Position numbers and translations under genes: made by a program. A model generated the notes under the pieces. It was not told the DNA's origin. It made no database searches and saw nothing but the letters and a program-made list of their open reading frames with translations. From the IMG/VR virus record IMGVR_UViG_3300037424_001928, positions 1-26,596 of that record: a stretch of 26,596 nucleotides of DNA; one strand, 5' to 3'. Positions within the stretch are counted from its first letter, which is position 1; every line of letters starts with the position of its first letter. This DNA is from a virus (Duplodnaviria > Caudoviricetes). This document shows positions 9,506-17,028 of the stretch, one piece after another.

Positions 9506-10187
9506 ACATTTTCATTATGTTTGCACAGGATAGCTCAAAACATTTATAATGAGCATTGTTTTTTGTTTTCCCTCCGTCCGGTATCCATCTCTTACCATCA
9601 AAATACTGGCAGAATCGGCGGGCTTTCATTCCGGCATAGTTCCCGTCAACGCTCACTACATTTAGATAATGAGCCAAAGATAATTGTTTTTCAGGGCGTC
9701 CTCCCAGTAGGTGAATCGGCCAACCTAAGAACTCACTAAGAAAAACATCGGTACCAGAAAAGCCAGTTGGCACAGAATAACCAAGTCTCACTTGGATGTC
9801 ACCGTTTTTAGTCGGAATGACTCTAGGTAAAAATCGTATAATCCCGTGCGCCTTCGGGATGATAATAATGGCTGGTTCTCTAATCTCTTCCGTTTTTCTA
9901 TCGATTTCTGGTACAAGATATTGGGCCGCGCACACGGTCCAAAATGTCACCCGCGCCAATTGGCTCCAATGCTCCAAATCAAGTACAGTCGCCAACCTGG
10001 GCCGGTATTGTTTTAGCGCCGCCATGTATCGCTCGAAATTTGGAGTCTCCCAGTTCTGGTCAACAAATTGAGGCCGATAATAAATAGTGTTTGGCAGTTG
10101 CGCACCGTAGCTAAATCCGGCGTCAATTGCTATTTTGGCAAAGCGAGGGTTTCCAGCCGCGCAATAAATCAAAGTTGGAGTCGCCAA
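9486..10187 (-). CDS. TGT/DpdA-like TIM-barrel protein (DUF6610-like), putative DNA base-modification enzyme
   Basis: Motifs FVDQNW, ATVLD, IIIPK, LGYSVPT, IHLLGG and SVDGN resemble the C-terminal HxLG...SxD motifs of tRNA-guanine transglycosylase-like proteins. Confidence 0.55.
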   Translation of the reverse strand: MATPTLIYCAAGNPRFAKIAIDAGFSYGAQLPNTIYYRPQFVDQNWETPNFERYMAALKQYRPRLATVLDLEHWSQLARVTFWTVCAAQYLVPEIDRKTEEIREPAIIIIPKAHGIIRFLPRVIPTKNGDIQVRLGYSVPTGFSGTDVFLSEFLGWPIHLLGGRPEKQLSLAHYLNVVSVDGNYAGMKARRFCQYFDGKRWIPDGGKTKNNAHYKCFELSCANIMKMWKDNPC

Positions 10188-10200
10188 TGATTTACCCTCC

Positions 10201-10512
10201 TCATTTTAAGTACAATCTCCAAAGATTTAACTTACGGCCTCTGGGTGTAGTCTCAGTTCCTTCCAGCACAAAGCCCTTCTTTCGGTAAAACTCGTTTGAT
10301 TCAAGCTCAATCGGGCATTTAGCAAAGATAGACGATGCATCCTTGCAAGTCCTTAGTTTTCTGAGCATCTCCGAGCCGGCTCCGGGGCGAAGGCTGATAA
10401 TTTCCCTGATGGTTAATTGTCCGTCGCGTCTCAAGTGCCAGTGGCAAAATCCACCGTTGACCAGTAGGAGTTCACCACGTTGGGTACTTTCATATAAAGT
10501 TTCAAAAATCAT
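10201..10512 (-). CDS. GNAT-family acetyltransferase
   Basis: Motif A-like (IREIISLRPGAGSEML) and motif B (SNEFYRKKGF); RBS GAGGA. Confidence 0.75.
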   Translation of the reverse strand: MIFETLYESTQRGELLLVNGGFCHWHLRRDGQLTIREIISLRPGAGSEMLRKLRTCKDASSIFAKCPIELESNEFYRKKGFVLEGTETTPRGRKLNLWRLYLK

Positions 10513-10521
10513 ATTTCCTCT

Positions 10522-10541
10522 TTAGCACGGGTTATCCTTCC
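10522..10541. repeat. 20-bp direct repeat, copy 2 (ttagcacgggttatccttcc)
   Basis: 19/20 identical to 9486-9505. Confidence 0.9.
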
Positions 10542-10542
10542 G

Positions 10543-10698
10543 CTAGATTAATTTGGCGAGTATTAAAAAAACGACTGCGAGAACCGGGACTGGTCATGCG
10601 TCGCCGGCCTGTGAAAAATCAAGCATTGCAGCCAGGGTATTAAGTGCAATCAGGCTAATTCTGAAAACAAAGTCCCATTTAATGATTTTAGATCGCAT
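10543..10698 (-). pseudogene. Small two-helix membrane protein interrupted by an in-frame TGA
   Basis: Manual translation: MRSKIIKWDFVFRISLIALNTLAAMLDFSQAGDA*PVPVLAVVFLILAKLI*, with TGA at 10594-10596. Confidence 0.4.
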
Positions 10699-10717
10699 GC
10701 GTTATCTTTGTTGTGCA

Positions 10718-10924
10718 TCAGGCGACAACTGACAAAACCAGCAAAGTCATAAACCAGACAAAAAGAAAAGCGGATACAAAAACATGGACCCGCAATTCGT
10801 GTTTCACCCGTATATATGCGTGGCCTCTCCGCCGTGCATCGGCCACAATCGCATATAAACCACAAATTAGAGAGCCAACTAGCCAAACCCACTGTAGATT
10901 CTCAATCATCACAGTCAACCTCAT
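10718..10924 (-). CDS. Small two-TM membrane protein
   Basis: Two hydrophobic segments. The start is probably the internal ATG (MIENLQ...) overlapping the end of the upstream gene. Confidence 0.6.
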   Translation of the reverse strand: MRLTVMIENLQWVWLVGSLICGLYAIVADARRRGHAYIRVKHELRVHVFVSAFLFVWFMTLLVLSVVA

Positions 10925-11207
10925 TGACCAGTTCTAACTGGTCGGTTTCACAGTCTGCCATCGATCTCGCTATGACATCAACCGGCGTCTCAAAGAACTT
11001 ACTTGGCCCTTTGGGGTTGTCCCTACTTTGACGGGAAAACTTCACTAAATCCTTCCAGGGGTTGGGTAATTTTGACCCACTAACCCGATTTAGATGCACC
11101 CAAATAGCAGCCCAGTATCCAAACATCCAAAACTTATAGCGTCCCAGGGCGTCCCAGGCTTTGCGTTCTGCCTCGTCAAGCTCGTGGCTCATTGCGATAG
11201 TTTTCAT
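10902..11207 (-). CDS. Hypothetical phage protein
   Basis: ATGA coupling with the upstream gene; folded-looking core KAWDALGRYKFWMFGYWAAIWVHLN...NPW. Confidence 0.7.
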   Translation of the reverse strand: MKTIAMSHELDEAERKAWDALGRYKFWMFGYWAAIWVHLNRVSGSKLPNPWKDLVKFSRQSRDNPKGPSKFFETPVDVIARSMADCETDQLELVNEVDCDD

Positions 11208-11482
11208 CTGCGTTTCTCCTGACTAAAAGCCGGCTTGTTTTCCATGGCCAGCTTGAACGTTTCCAAAGCCATAGACCGGACCAATAGTTGTAAGTCGGTA
11301 CTTAGCCTGAAGTCACGCTCCAAACTGAGTACAAAAACCACGTGGAAGTTATGGACGGCCATAAAATCATCAATGGGGCTAATCTCAGGATGCTCCTCGC
11401 AGAAGCGGTTGTGGCACTCGTTGAGGTGGTCAAGTAACATTTTGACGTGTTCTCTGTTGGCTGCAAGTAGTTCTTTACTCAT
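11204..11482 (-). CDS. Hypothetical protein
   Basis: Packed in the operon; GAGG upstream. Confidence 0.65.
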   Translation of the reverse strand: MSKELLAANREHVKMLLDHLNECHNRFCEEHPEISPIDDFMAVHNFHVVFVLSLERDFRLSTDLQLLVRSMALETFKLAMENKPAFSQEKRR

Positions 11483-11485
11483 AGG

Positions 11486-11710
11486 TCAAACCAGAGCCTC
11501 TTGATCTACAACTATCCAGGTCCGTTTATTGCTATTTGGGTGCTTACCTATGGTAATAAGCCCCTTTTGTTTCATACGGTTAATGGTTGAACCATTGACA
11601 GTTCTTCCGCCTATCTCCCAACGGTTCCCAAACGGACCTGTTCTAATTGGTATGGCTGGATGCACCCTCAAGAGTTCGAGTAGTTGCTTCTCTGTTTTGG
11701 TCATTCTCAC
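11486..11710 (-). CDS. Small basic protein, possible winged-helix
   Basis: GTGA overlap with the helicase-methylase stop; pattern MTKTEKQLLELL...STINRMKQKGLI. Confidence 0.6.
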   Translation of the reverse strand: MRMTKTEKQLLELLRVHPAIPIRTGPFGNRWEIGGRTVNGSTINRMKQKGLITIGKHPNSNKRTWIVVDQEALV

Positions 11711-14688
11711 GCGACCTCCTCTAACGGTTCTTTGGTTGTGCCGTTGCCGTTGTGGTTTTGTTGTTGCTCCAACCAGTCGGAGAAGGTTGGCGCAAGTGCT
11801 TTTAGTTCAATGTTTTTGCAATAGCGTACCCCCTCATCAAAGTATTGGCGATTTAGTTCGATTACTACAGCCCTTCGGTTCATTTCAATTGCTACATACG
11901 CGGTAGTCAGTAGTCCCCCAAACGGATCAAAAACTATATCACCCTCGTTGCTACAGAGCCGGATAACCCGCCGTACCACGTCAAAGGGGAGAGGGCAAAT
12001 ATGCTTCTCTCGCCCATCCAGACTTTGCAACGTGTTCAAGCCGTGCATAAAATTTACGTCATCCCAAACCCAATCCTCATCAGAACGAGTAACGGCGGGG
12101 GGACAAAGCATTACCGAAGCAGGTAATCTATGATTACGGTCAAGCGCCTCGCAAATTTCAATGTGCCGATCGTAGTCGTAAGGATGGGTCAGTTGCTCAT
12201 TCTTAAAAACTGCATAGATGTCTTCTGGCATTAATTGAGCGTATTCTGCTGGCGTAAGAAGTCGGTTTCCGTTTGAGCGCCATTCGCTATGAGCATCAAC
12301 TTGCCAGCGTCCCCGGCTGAAATCGTCCTTGCTCTTTGTTACTGGCTCATCAGCGTAAGCGTTATCACTGGACGTAGGGGGCTTGCGAAAGAGTAGGATG
12401 TACTCAGGTAAGCCACTGCCCATCTTGGTAGCATCCTTACACATCTCCGACCAGCCGAGCCGGTAAGTGCTGTTATTTTCCCTAACTACATCGGTCACGA
12501 CAGTTCGTCTACCTTCGTACATAAAACCGTGCTTACGAAAAGCCATTACGCACTCGTCAGAGAACGGGGAGACTTCCATAAAGCCGGTCTTGGTTTGATG
12601 ACCGTAAAGAATACGGTCCTTAACGTGAATAGCGGCGACACGCCCCGGTTTCAACGTCCGAAGCAGTTCAGGGATGAGAAATTCCATTTGTAGCCAAAAT
12701 TTATTGTCATTGTCGTTGTAACCGAAGTCGTTCTTTTTGTCTGTATATTGGAAATGATTTCCAAAAGGTATACTGGTGCAGAGTAGGTCAACTGAGTTGT
12801 CAGCCATCCCGAAGATTTCAGCCACGCAATCGTTATGAATAGCCGTAAAACACTTGCCGTCTACTTGCTCACGAACTACGCCGATAGAGCGCCGGCGCGT
12901 TGCCTGGCTCAAGGCAGTTCGAGTTAGGCCATATTTGCGTATAATCTCTCGCATTTTCCCAACGAGGATATCATGCTGCGCCCATTTGTGTTTGAGGCTT
13001 TCAAGTATCTGGTCTTCGCTTTCAGCGTAGATAATATGTACGTCTACCGGGTCGTTTTGGAGAAAACGATGATTACGATGGATCGCTTGGATAAAATCCT
13101 GGAAGCGGTAATCAATACCCAAAAAGACAACCTTGTGACACTGCTGAAGATTTAAGCCAGAACCAAGCATTTCCGGCTTGCTTAAAAGAATATGGGTATA
13201 CTTATCTTTCCACTCATACAAGCGTCGTTCTGCCTCATCTGTAGGGAGTGACCCCTGAATAGAAGAAACGGAAAGCCCCATTTTTTCTAAAGCAGATTTC
13301 GCAATACGCTGTTCATCGTTTAGGTGACACCAGATGACGAATTGCGTAGGTAATCCGCCGCCCTCTCCAGAATAAGGATGCTCTCCTGAAATTGCCCCAA
13401 TGCTGCATTGCATAGTCGGCAAAGAAGACCCCTGACCTTTCTCGTTTGATGATCGTGGTCCACTACCCCCACAGTCAGACCGTATTCCCTCTGAAGTTTG
13501 TTCTTCCGATTGGTAACACTTGCTCTCTTCTTGTTGTCGATGTACCATTGCCGACTGCGGGTCCTGACTTTTTCCCGATTGGCGTCGCTGTACTTTTGTG
13601 TGAGTTCCTTGTAGCGTTCTGGATTTTCCTTCCGCCAGCGTCGGTTTTTCTCCTTGATCCTTTCCTTGTTTTTCTGATAGTAAGTCTGACCGTAAGTCTT
13701 GACCTTTTCTTTGTTCTTCTGGTAATACTCCCTGAAGTACTCTTTCGTTGCTGACAATTTGTGTCATCCTTTCAACTCGGTCATCTATGGTGGCGCGTTT
13801 CTCTGCGCTGGCTTCTCTCACCCCCCCGGCGGCGTCAAGAAATAATCGGTGTTGCCCTCGGTCGTCGGTTTGTTCCCAGGCCCGGCTCTGATCAACGCCA
13901 ATACGGTGATAATGAACTCGGAGTTCTGGCAGGTCATAACCTTCGGTATCATAACCCAGATCACTGGGGTGATATAGGAATAGCGCCCATGATGCGATCC
14001 AAAGCCAGAAGTCGGCTTCGTGTTGGGGGTGAAGGGTCAAATCATTCGCCTTGTTGGGGTTACGTTTGAACCAGTGGTTTAGAGATAAATTGTAATCCAT
14101 CACGCCTAACCACTTGGCATAATAAATGAGTTCGCGGAAACGGTTTGGGGCAGGCGTTGCAGTGCAGACGTAGCGGTAAGGGACATTGGCAAAAACCTGT
14201 AAAAAAATCTCGTAGGTTTTACTGCCCAAGCTGCGGAGTACAGAACCCTCGTCAAGAGAACAGCCGCCGATATTGTGTTTGCGTGGATCAATGTCACCGT
14301 CTCGCACCCGTTCATAATTCGTAAGAAGATAGGGTGTATCTGCTGCTTCAATTTCCGCATCAGTACGTACGTATTGGAAATGAATATCCAGACGCGGACC
14401 ATCTTCCTCAATAAATTGGTGTTTAACCCCCAGAGGACAGACAATTAGGAACTTACCACCTGTTTGTTGGTGAATGAGCCTGGCTAATTCCAATTGCACA
14501 ACCGATTTTCCTAATCCGAAGCTGGCCGCGATCAACCCCCGACCTAGTCGGGTTGCCCACATCACCATATCACGTTGATGAGGGAACAGCGACGGATGAA
14601 TGTTGCTTGCTTCAACCTCAAAGCCGCTGTAGTCGGCTAATTCAACTTTGCCAGCTAAAAATTCATAATATTTGTCAAGTACAGTCAT
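11707..14688 (-). CDS. SNF2-like helicase fused to an N4-C/N6-A DNA methyltransferase, with a ~130-codon insertion in the helicase
   Basis: LFPHQ, Walker A-like FGLGKS, DEGS, TATP; helicase-C motifs (WCHLNDEQ, GSGLNLQ, QAIHRNHRFLQ); MTase motif IV variant TSIPF and motif I DPFGG in beta order. Confidence 0.9.
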   Translation of the reverse strand: MTVLDKYYEFLAGKVELADYSGFEVEASNIHPSLFPHQRDMVMWATRLGRGLIAASFGLGKSVVQLELARLIHQQTGGKFLIVCPLGVKHQFIEEDGPRLDIHFQYVRTDAEIEAADTPYLLTNYERVRDGDIDPRKHNIGGCSLDEGSVLRSLGSKTYEIFLQVFANVPYRYVCTATPAPNRFRELIYYAKWLGVMDYNLSLNHWFKRNPNKANDLTLHPQHEADFWLWIASWALFLYHPSDLGYDTEGYDLPELRVHYHRIGVDQSRAWEQTDDRGQHRLFLDAAGGVREASAEKRATIDDRVERMTQIVSNERVLQGVLPEEQRKGQDLRSDLLSEKQGKDQGEKPTLAEGKSRTLQGTHTKVQRRQSGKSQDPQSAMVHRQQEESKCYQSEEQTSEGIRSDCGGSGPRSSNEKGQGSSLPTMQCSIGAISGEHPYSGEGGGLPTQFVIWCHLNDEQRIAKSALEKMGLSVSSIQGSLPTDEAERRLYEWKDKYTHILLSKPEMLGSGLNLQQCHKVVFLGIDYRFQDFIQAIHRNHRFLQNDPVDVHIIYAESEDQILESLKHKWAQHDILVGKMREIIRKYGLTRTALSQATRRRSIGVVREQVDGKCFTAIHNDCVAEIFGMADNSVDLLCTSIPFGNHFQYTDKKNDFGYNDNDNKFWLQMEFLIPELLRTLKPGRVAAIHVKDRILYGHQTKTGFMEVSPFSDECVMAFRKHGFMYEGRRTVVTDVVRENNSTYRLGWSEMCKDATKMGSGLPEYILLFRKPPTSSDNAYADEPVTKSKDDFSRGRWQVDAHSEWRSNGNRLLTPAEYAQLMPEDIYAVFKNEQLTHPYDYDRHIEICEALDRNHRLPASVMLCPPAVTRSDEDWVWDDVNFMHGLNTLQSLDGREKHICPLPFDVVRRVIRLCSNEGDIVFDPFGGLLTTAYVAIEMNRRAVVIELNRQYFDEGVRYCKNIELKALAPTFSDWLEQQQNHNGNGTTKEPLEEVA
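13320..13757 (-). CDS. Endonuclease VII-family (homing endonuclease-like) gene overprinted in the +1 frame inside the helicase-methylase
   Basis: YGLT...VDHDHQTRKVRGLLCRLCNAALG...LERAADYL EndoVII signature; basic helical N-terminal repeats (YYQKNKE x2); AAAGGA 9 nt upstream of the TTG start. Confidence 0.85.
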   Translation of the reverse strand: MSATKEYFREYYQKNKEKVKTYGQTYYQKNKERIKEKNRRWRKENPERYKELTQKYSDANREKVRTRSRQWYIDNKKRASVTNRKNKLQREYGLTVGVVDHDHQTRKVRGLLCRLCNAALGQFQESILILERAADYLRNSSSGVT

Positions 14689-14690
14689 CT

Positions 14691-15014
14691 TTAATAAACC
14701 TCCGCTATCAATTCAATCGCCGGCGGCATCTCCGCCCGTATCTTTGCCAGTTCTTCTTTCAGCGCCGGGTCGAACCAGGCGGCAATGATGTCCAGCACCG
14801 CTGCGGTGAGGTACGGCTCACTCACCCACCAGGCTTTTGTGGTTTTGTCGAACCTTCTGGCGTGGCCGGGGAGTTGGGTTTTTAAGTCCTCAACGAAGCC
14901 TTTGTGGTAGGGCGTGTGGAGGTGATAGCCGCCCTGAGTAGGCGTTATCTTGACCTTGCCACCGGCGAAGGTCATTTGAGATTTGAGGTTAAGGGACAGA
15001 AGTTGGTTATTCAT
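14691..15014 (-). CDS. Small HARP-like domain protein
   Basis: TPYHKGFVEDLK..LPG..RRFDKTTKAWWV resembles the HARP-like pattern (PY...IK.IPGR.WD...K.W). Confidence 0.55.
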   Translation of the reverse strand: MNNQLLSLNLKSQMTFAGGKVKITPTQGGYHLHTPYHKGFVEDLKTQLPGHARRFDKTTKAWWVSEPYLTAAVLDIIAAWFDPALKEELAKIRAEMPPAIELIAEVY

Positions 15015-16753
15015 TTAAGTACCTCGATACACCGTTCCAGGATCATTGTCATCACCGGTGGTGTAACCGCGTTCCCGTATTGCTTGACCCGTTCCCGTTC
15101 GGTTCCCAAAACAGTATACGTATCAGGAAAGGCCATCGCTTTGCCTATCTCGTGACTTTTGAGCATACGAAAGTAACAATCCTCAACGGCTGGCTCACTA
15201 CCCGGCTGCACCAGGCCGTGCCGGTCGTGAGTTGAGACCGTAGCAACCGGGTCAGTCACGGGTTTAGCCTGGTCGCTGCCGCTATAGTAGGAGACCAGGA
15301 AGGGTGAAGGAATAGTCAAGCCTAACTTTTCACCAGTCGTCTGGGTTGGCATTGGATCAGTTACCGGGCGGGTTATCTCATCGAAATAATTGACCGAGGT
15401 CAGGAAGGGCGATGGTGTAACTAATCCGTGATGGTTGCCACCTGCCAGGACGCAACCCAACACATCGGTCAATGGTCGGGCCTGCGTCCCACTGCCGTGC
15501 ATCTCAACCAGGTATGGTTGCACCAGGCCGTGGTGAGTGGTGGTCAAAATACTTCCCATTGGGTCGGTGATTGGACGAGCGCTACTCTGACCATAAAGCT
15601 CAACCAGATAAGGCGCTCCGACCGTGCTTTGAGTAGGTAAAGACTCAGTGATGTGCTTTAGTGGATAATCCGGCGAGTCTCGCATCGAGACGACAAAGGC
15701 CAATGTTTGGCGGCTTGTCTGGGTGGGAATGGGTTCATACATATTGTGACACTTGCCGGGGTGTTCGGCGTGAGTGTGGCCTAAATCTACAAGATAATGC
15801 ACCGGCCAGGTAGGTTGAGTGGGAAGCGGTGCATCAATAGGAGAATTGGCCGCCCTTCCCACTGCGCGGGTATAATAACTTGTCAAAAACGGCTGCCGTC
15901 CATACTTCTCCAACCCCACCCGAATCCGGTCCAACGTCTTTTCCTTGAGCGGTCTCTTTCGGTCGCCAATTCGCTCAGAAGGTAATGCCCAGTCTATGGC
16001 ATTGGCAGCACAGTAGTAGTACGGTGTCACCTCGCCGGCGCAAGTTGGGCAGTGGTAAAGATACTGGCGGTTCTTGCCATAGCGTCCCCATCGTTTGCCT
16101 GGATTTTTCCAGCCCTGAACCGCTGCGACATTGCACTCACAGCGGGGACAATAAGCCGGCGGGGTAAAACGAAGGTCAGGCGCTTTGTTGCCGCGTTTCC
16201 AGAAAACCACGTACATGCGGTCGCGGCTCTGGGGTGTTGGGTGGGCGAACATTGAATTGAAGTAAACAATTTCGTGGTTGTAATCGAGTGACGACATAGC
16301 TTGTAACCAGGCGTTAAACAGCCGCCAGTTTCGAGCATCAACCACGTTCTCGGTGATAATGAGCCGGTAATCGTGAATCTCGGCAAAACGTGGGGTATCC
16401 CACATCGTGGCCCGACTGCGTTCCTCTGCCGGGTCAATGATGGCCTTGCCAAACATCTCCATCTGGGCCTGGTATTTGCGCTGTTTGCCTTTAGCCAGGC
16501 TGTGATTTGTGCATTCCGGGCTGGTGATCAGAATATCGGTTGAAGGATACCGGCGCGGGTCACAGGCCGAAATGTCGGTGCAGTCAACGTCCGTGTTTGG
16601 ATGATTAGCTGAGTAGGTTTCTACAGCGCGTTTCCAGTGGTTCATAGCCTGCTGAAGTTCGGCTCCGGCCTCAACAGCTCCGATACTGCTGCCACCTGCC
16701 CCACAGAATTGATCGGTTACGGTAAGGTAAGATTTTTTCATTCTTGATTCCAA
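15011..16753 (-). CDS. DNA cytosine-C5 methyltransferase with repeat-expanded variable region
   Basis: Motif I DQFCGAGG, motif IV SPECTNHS, motif VI ENV, motif VIII PQSRDR, motif X QYGNAV. Confidence 0.93.
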   Translation of the reverse strand: MESRMKKSYLTVTDQFCGAGGSSIGAVEAGAELQQAMNHWKRAVETYSANHPNTDVDCTDISACDPRRYPSTDILITSPECTNHSLAKGKQRKYQAQMEMFGKAIIDPAEERSRATMWDTPRFAEIHDYRLIITENVVDARNWRLFNAWLQAMSSLDYNHEIVYFNSMFAHPTPQSRDRMYVVFWKRGNKAPDLRFTPPAYCPRCECNVAAVQGWKNPGKRWGRYGKNRQYLYHCPTCAGEVTPYYYCAANAIDWALPSERIGDRKRPLKEKTLDRIRVGLEKYGRQPFLTSYYTRAVGRAANSPIDAPLPTQPTWPVHYLVDLGHTHAEHPGKCHNMYEPIPTQTSRQTLAFVVSMRDSPDYPLKHITESLPTQSTVGAPYLVELYGQSSARPITDPMGSILTTTHHGLVQPYLVEMHGSGTQARPLTDVLGCVLAGGNHHGLVTPSPFLTSVNYFDEITRPVTDPMPTQTTGEKLGLTIPSPFLVSYYSGSDQAKPVTDPVATVSTHDRHGLVQPGSEPAVEDCYFRMLKSHEIGKAMAFPDTYTVLGTERERVKQYGNAVTPPVMTMILERCIEVLK

Positions 16754-17016
16754 TGTACCCGGTATAGGTAAACCATATTTCCGTTTCGTTGGGCGTAGTC
16801 GCTAAAGCTGGGCCTGGCCGGCTCGGTTCGTTTGGCCCGCTGGCACCGGTGTTGCAGTTCGGAAATATAGATATTTTGGTTGTTCAGAAGGCAGGTCAGT
16901 TCCTTGATCTGCCTGTCACGCTCCCGGATCTCGCTGCGGTAGTGACGGTGGTAAAGGCGGGAGAGGATGGCGCCGGTCAGAGCAGCCAGGACCAGGGTAA
17001 AGATGGTTAGGGTCAC
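16738..17016 (-). CDS. Small single-TM protein with coiled coil
   Basis: AAGGAG RBS; N-terminal hydrophobic helix. Confidence 0.65.
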   Translation of the reverse strand: MTLTIFTLVLAALTGAILSRLYHRHYRSEIRERDRQIKELTCLLNNQNIYISELQHRCQRAKRTEPARPSFSDYAQRNGNMVYLYRVHWNQE

Positions 17017-17028
17017 TTGATTAACTCC

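Noticed and set aside
10594-10596. Genome-wide TGA recoding
   Set aside because: TGA is used as a true stop in several coupled ATGA/TGATG junctions and at the integrase end.
13320-13757. Intein or group I intron explanation for the helicase insertion
   Set aside because: The host frame has no C-terminal HN/HQ followed by C/S/T and no LAGLIDADG blocks. The nuclease is out of frame and fills the insertion, leaving no room for a ribozyme core. Not excluded without RT-PCR.
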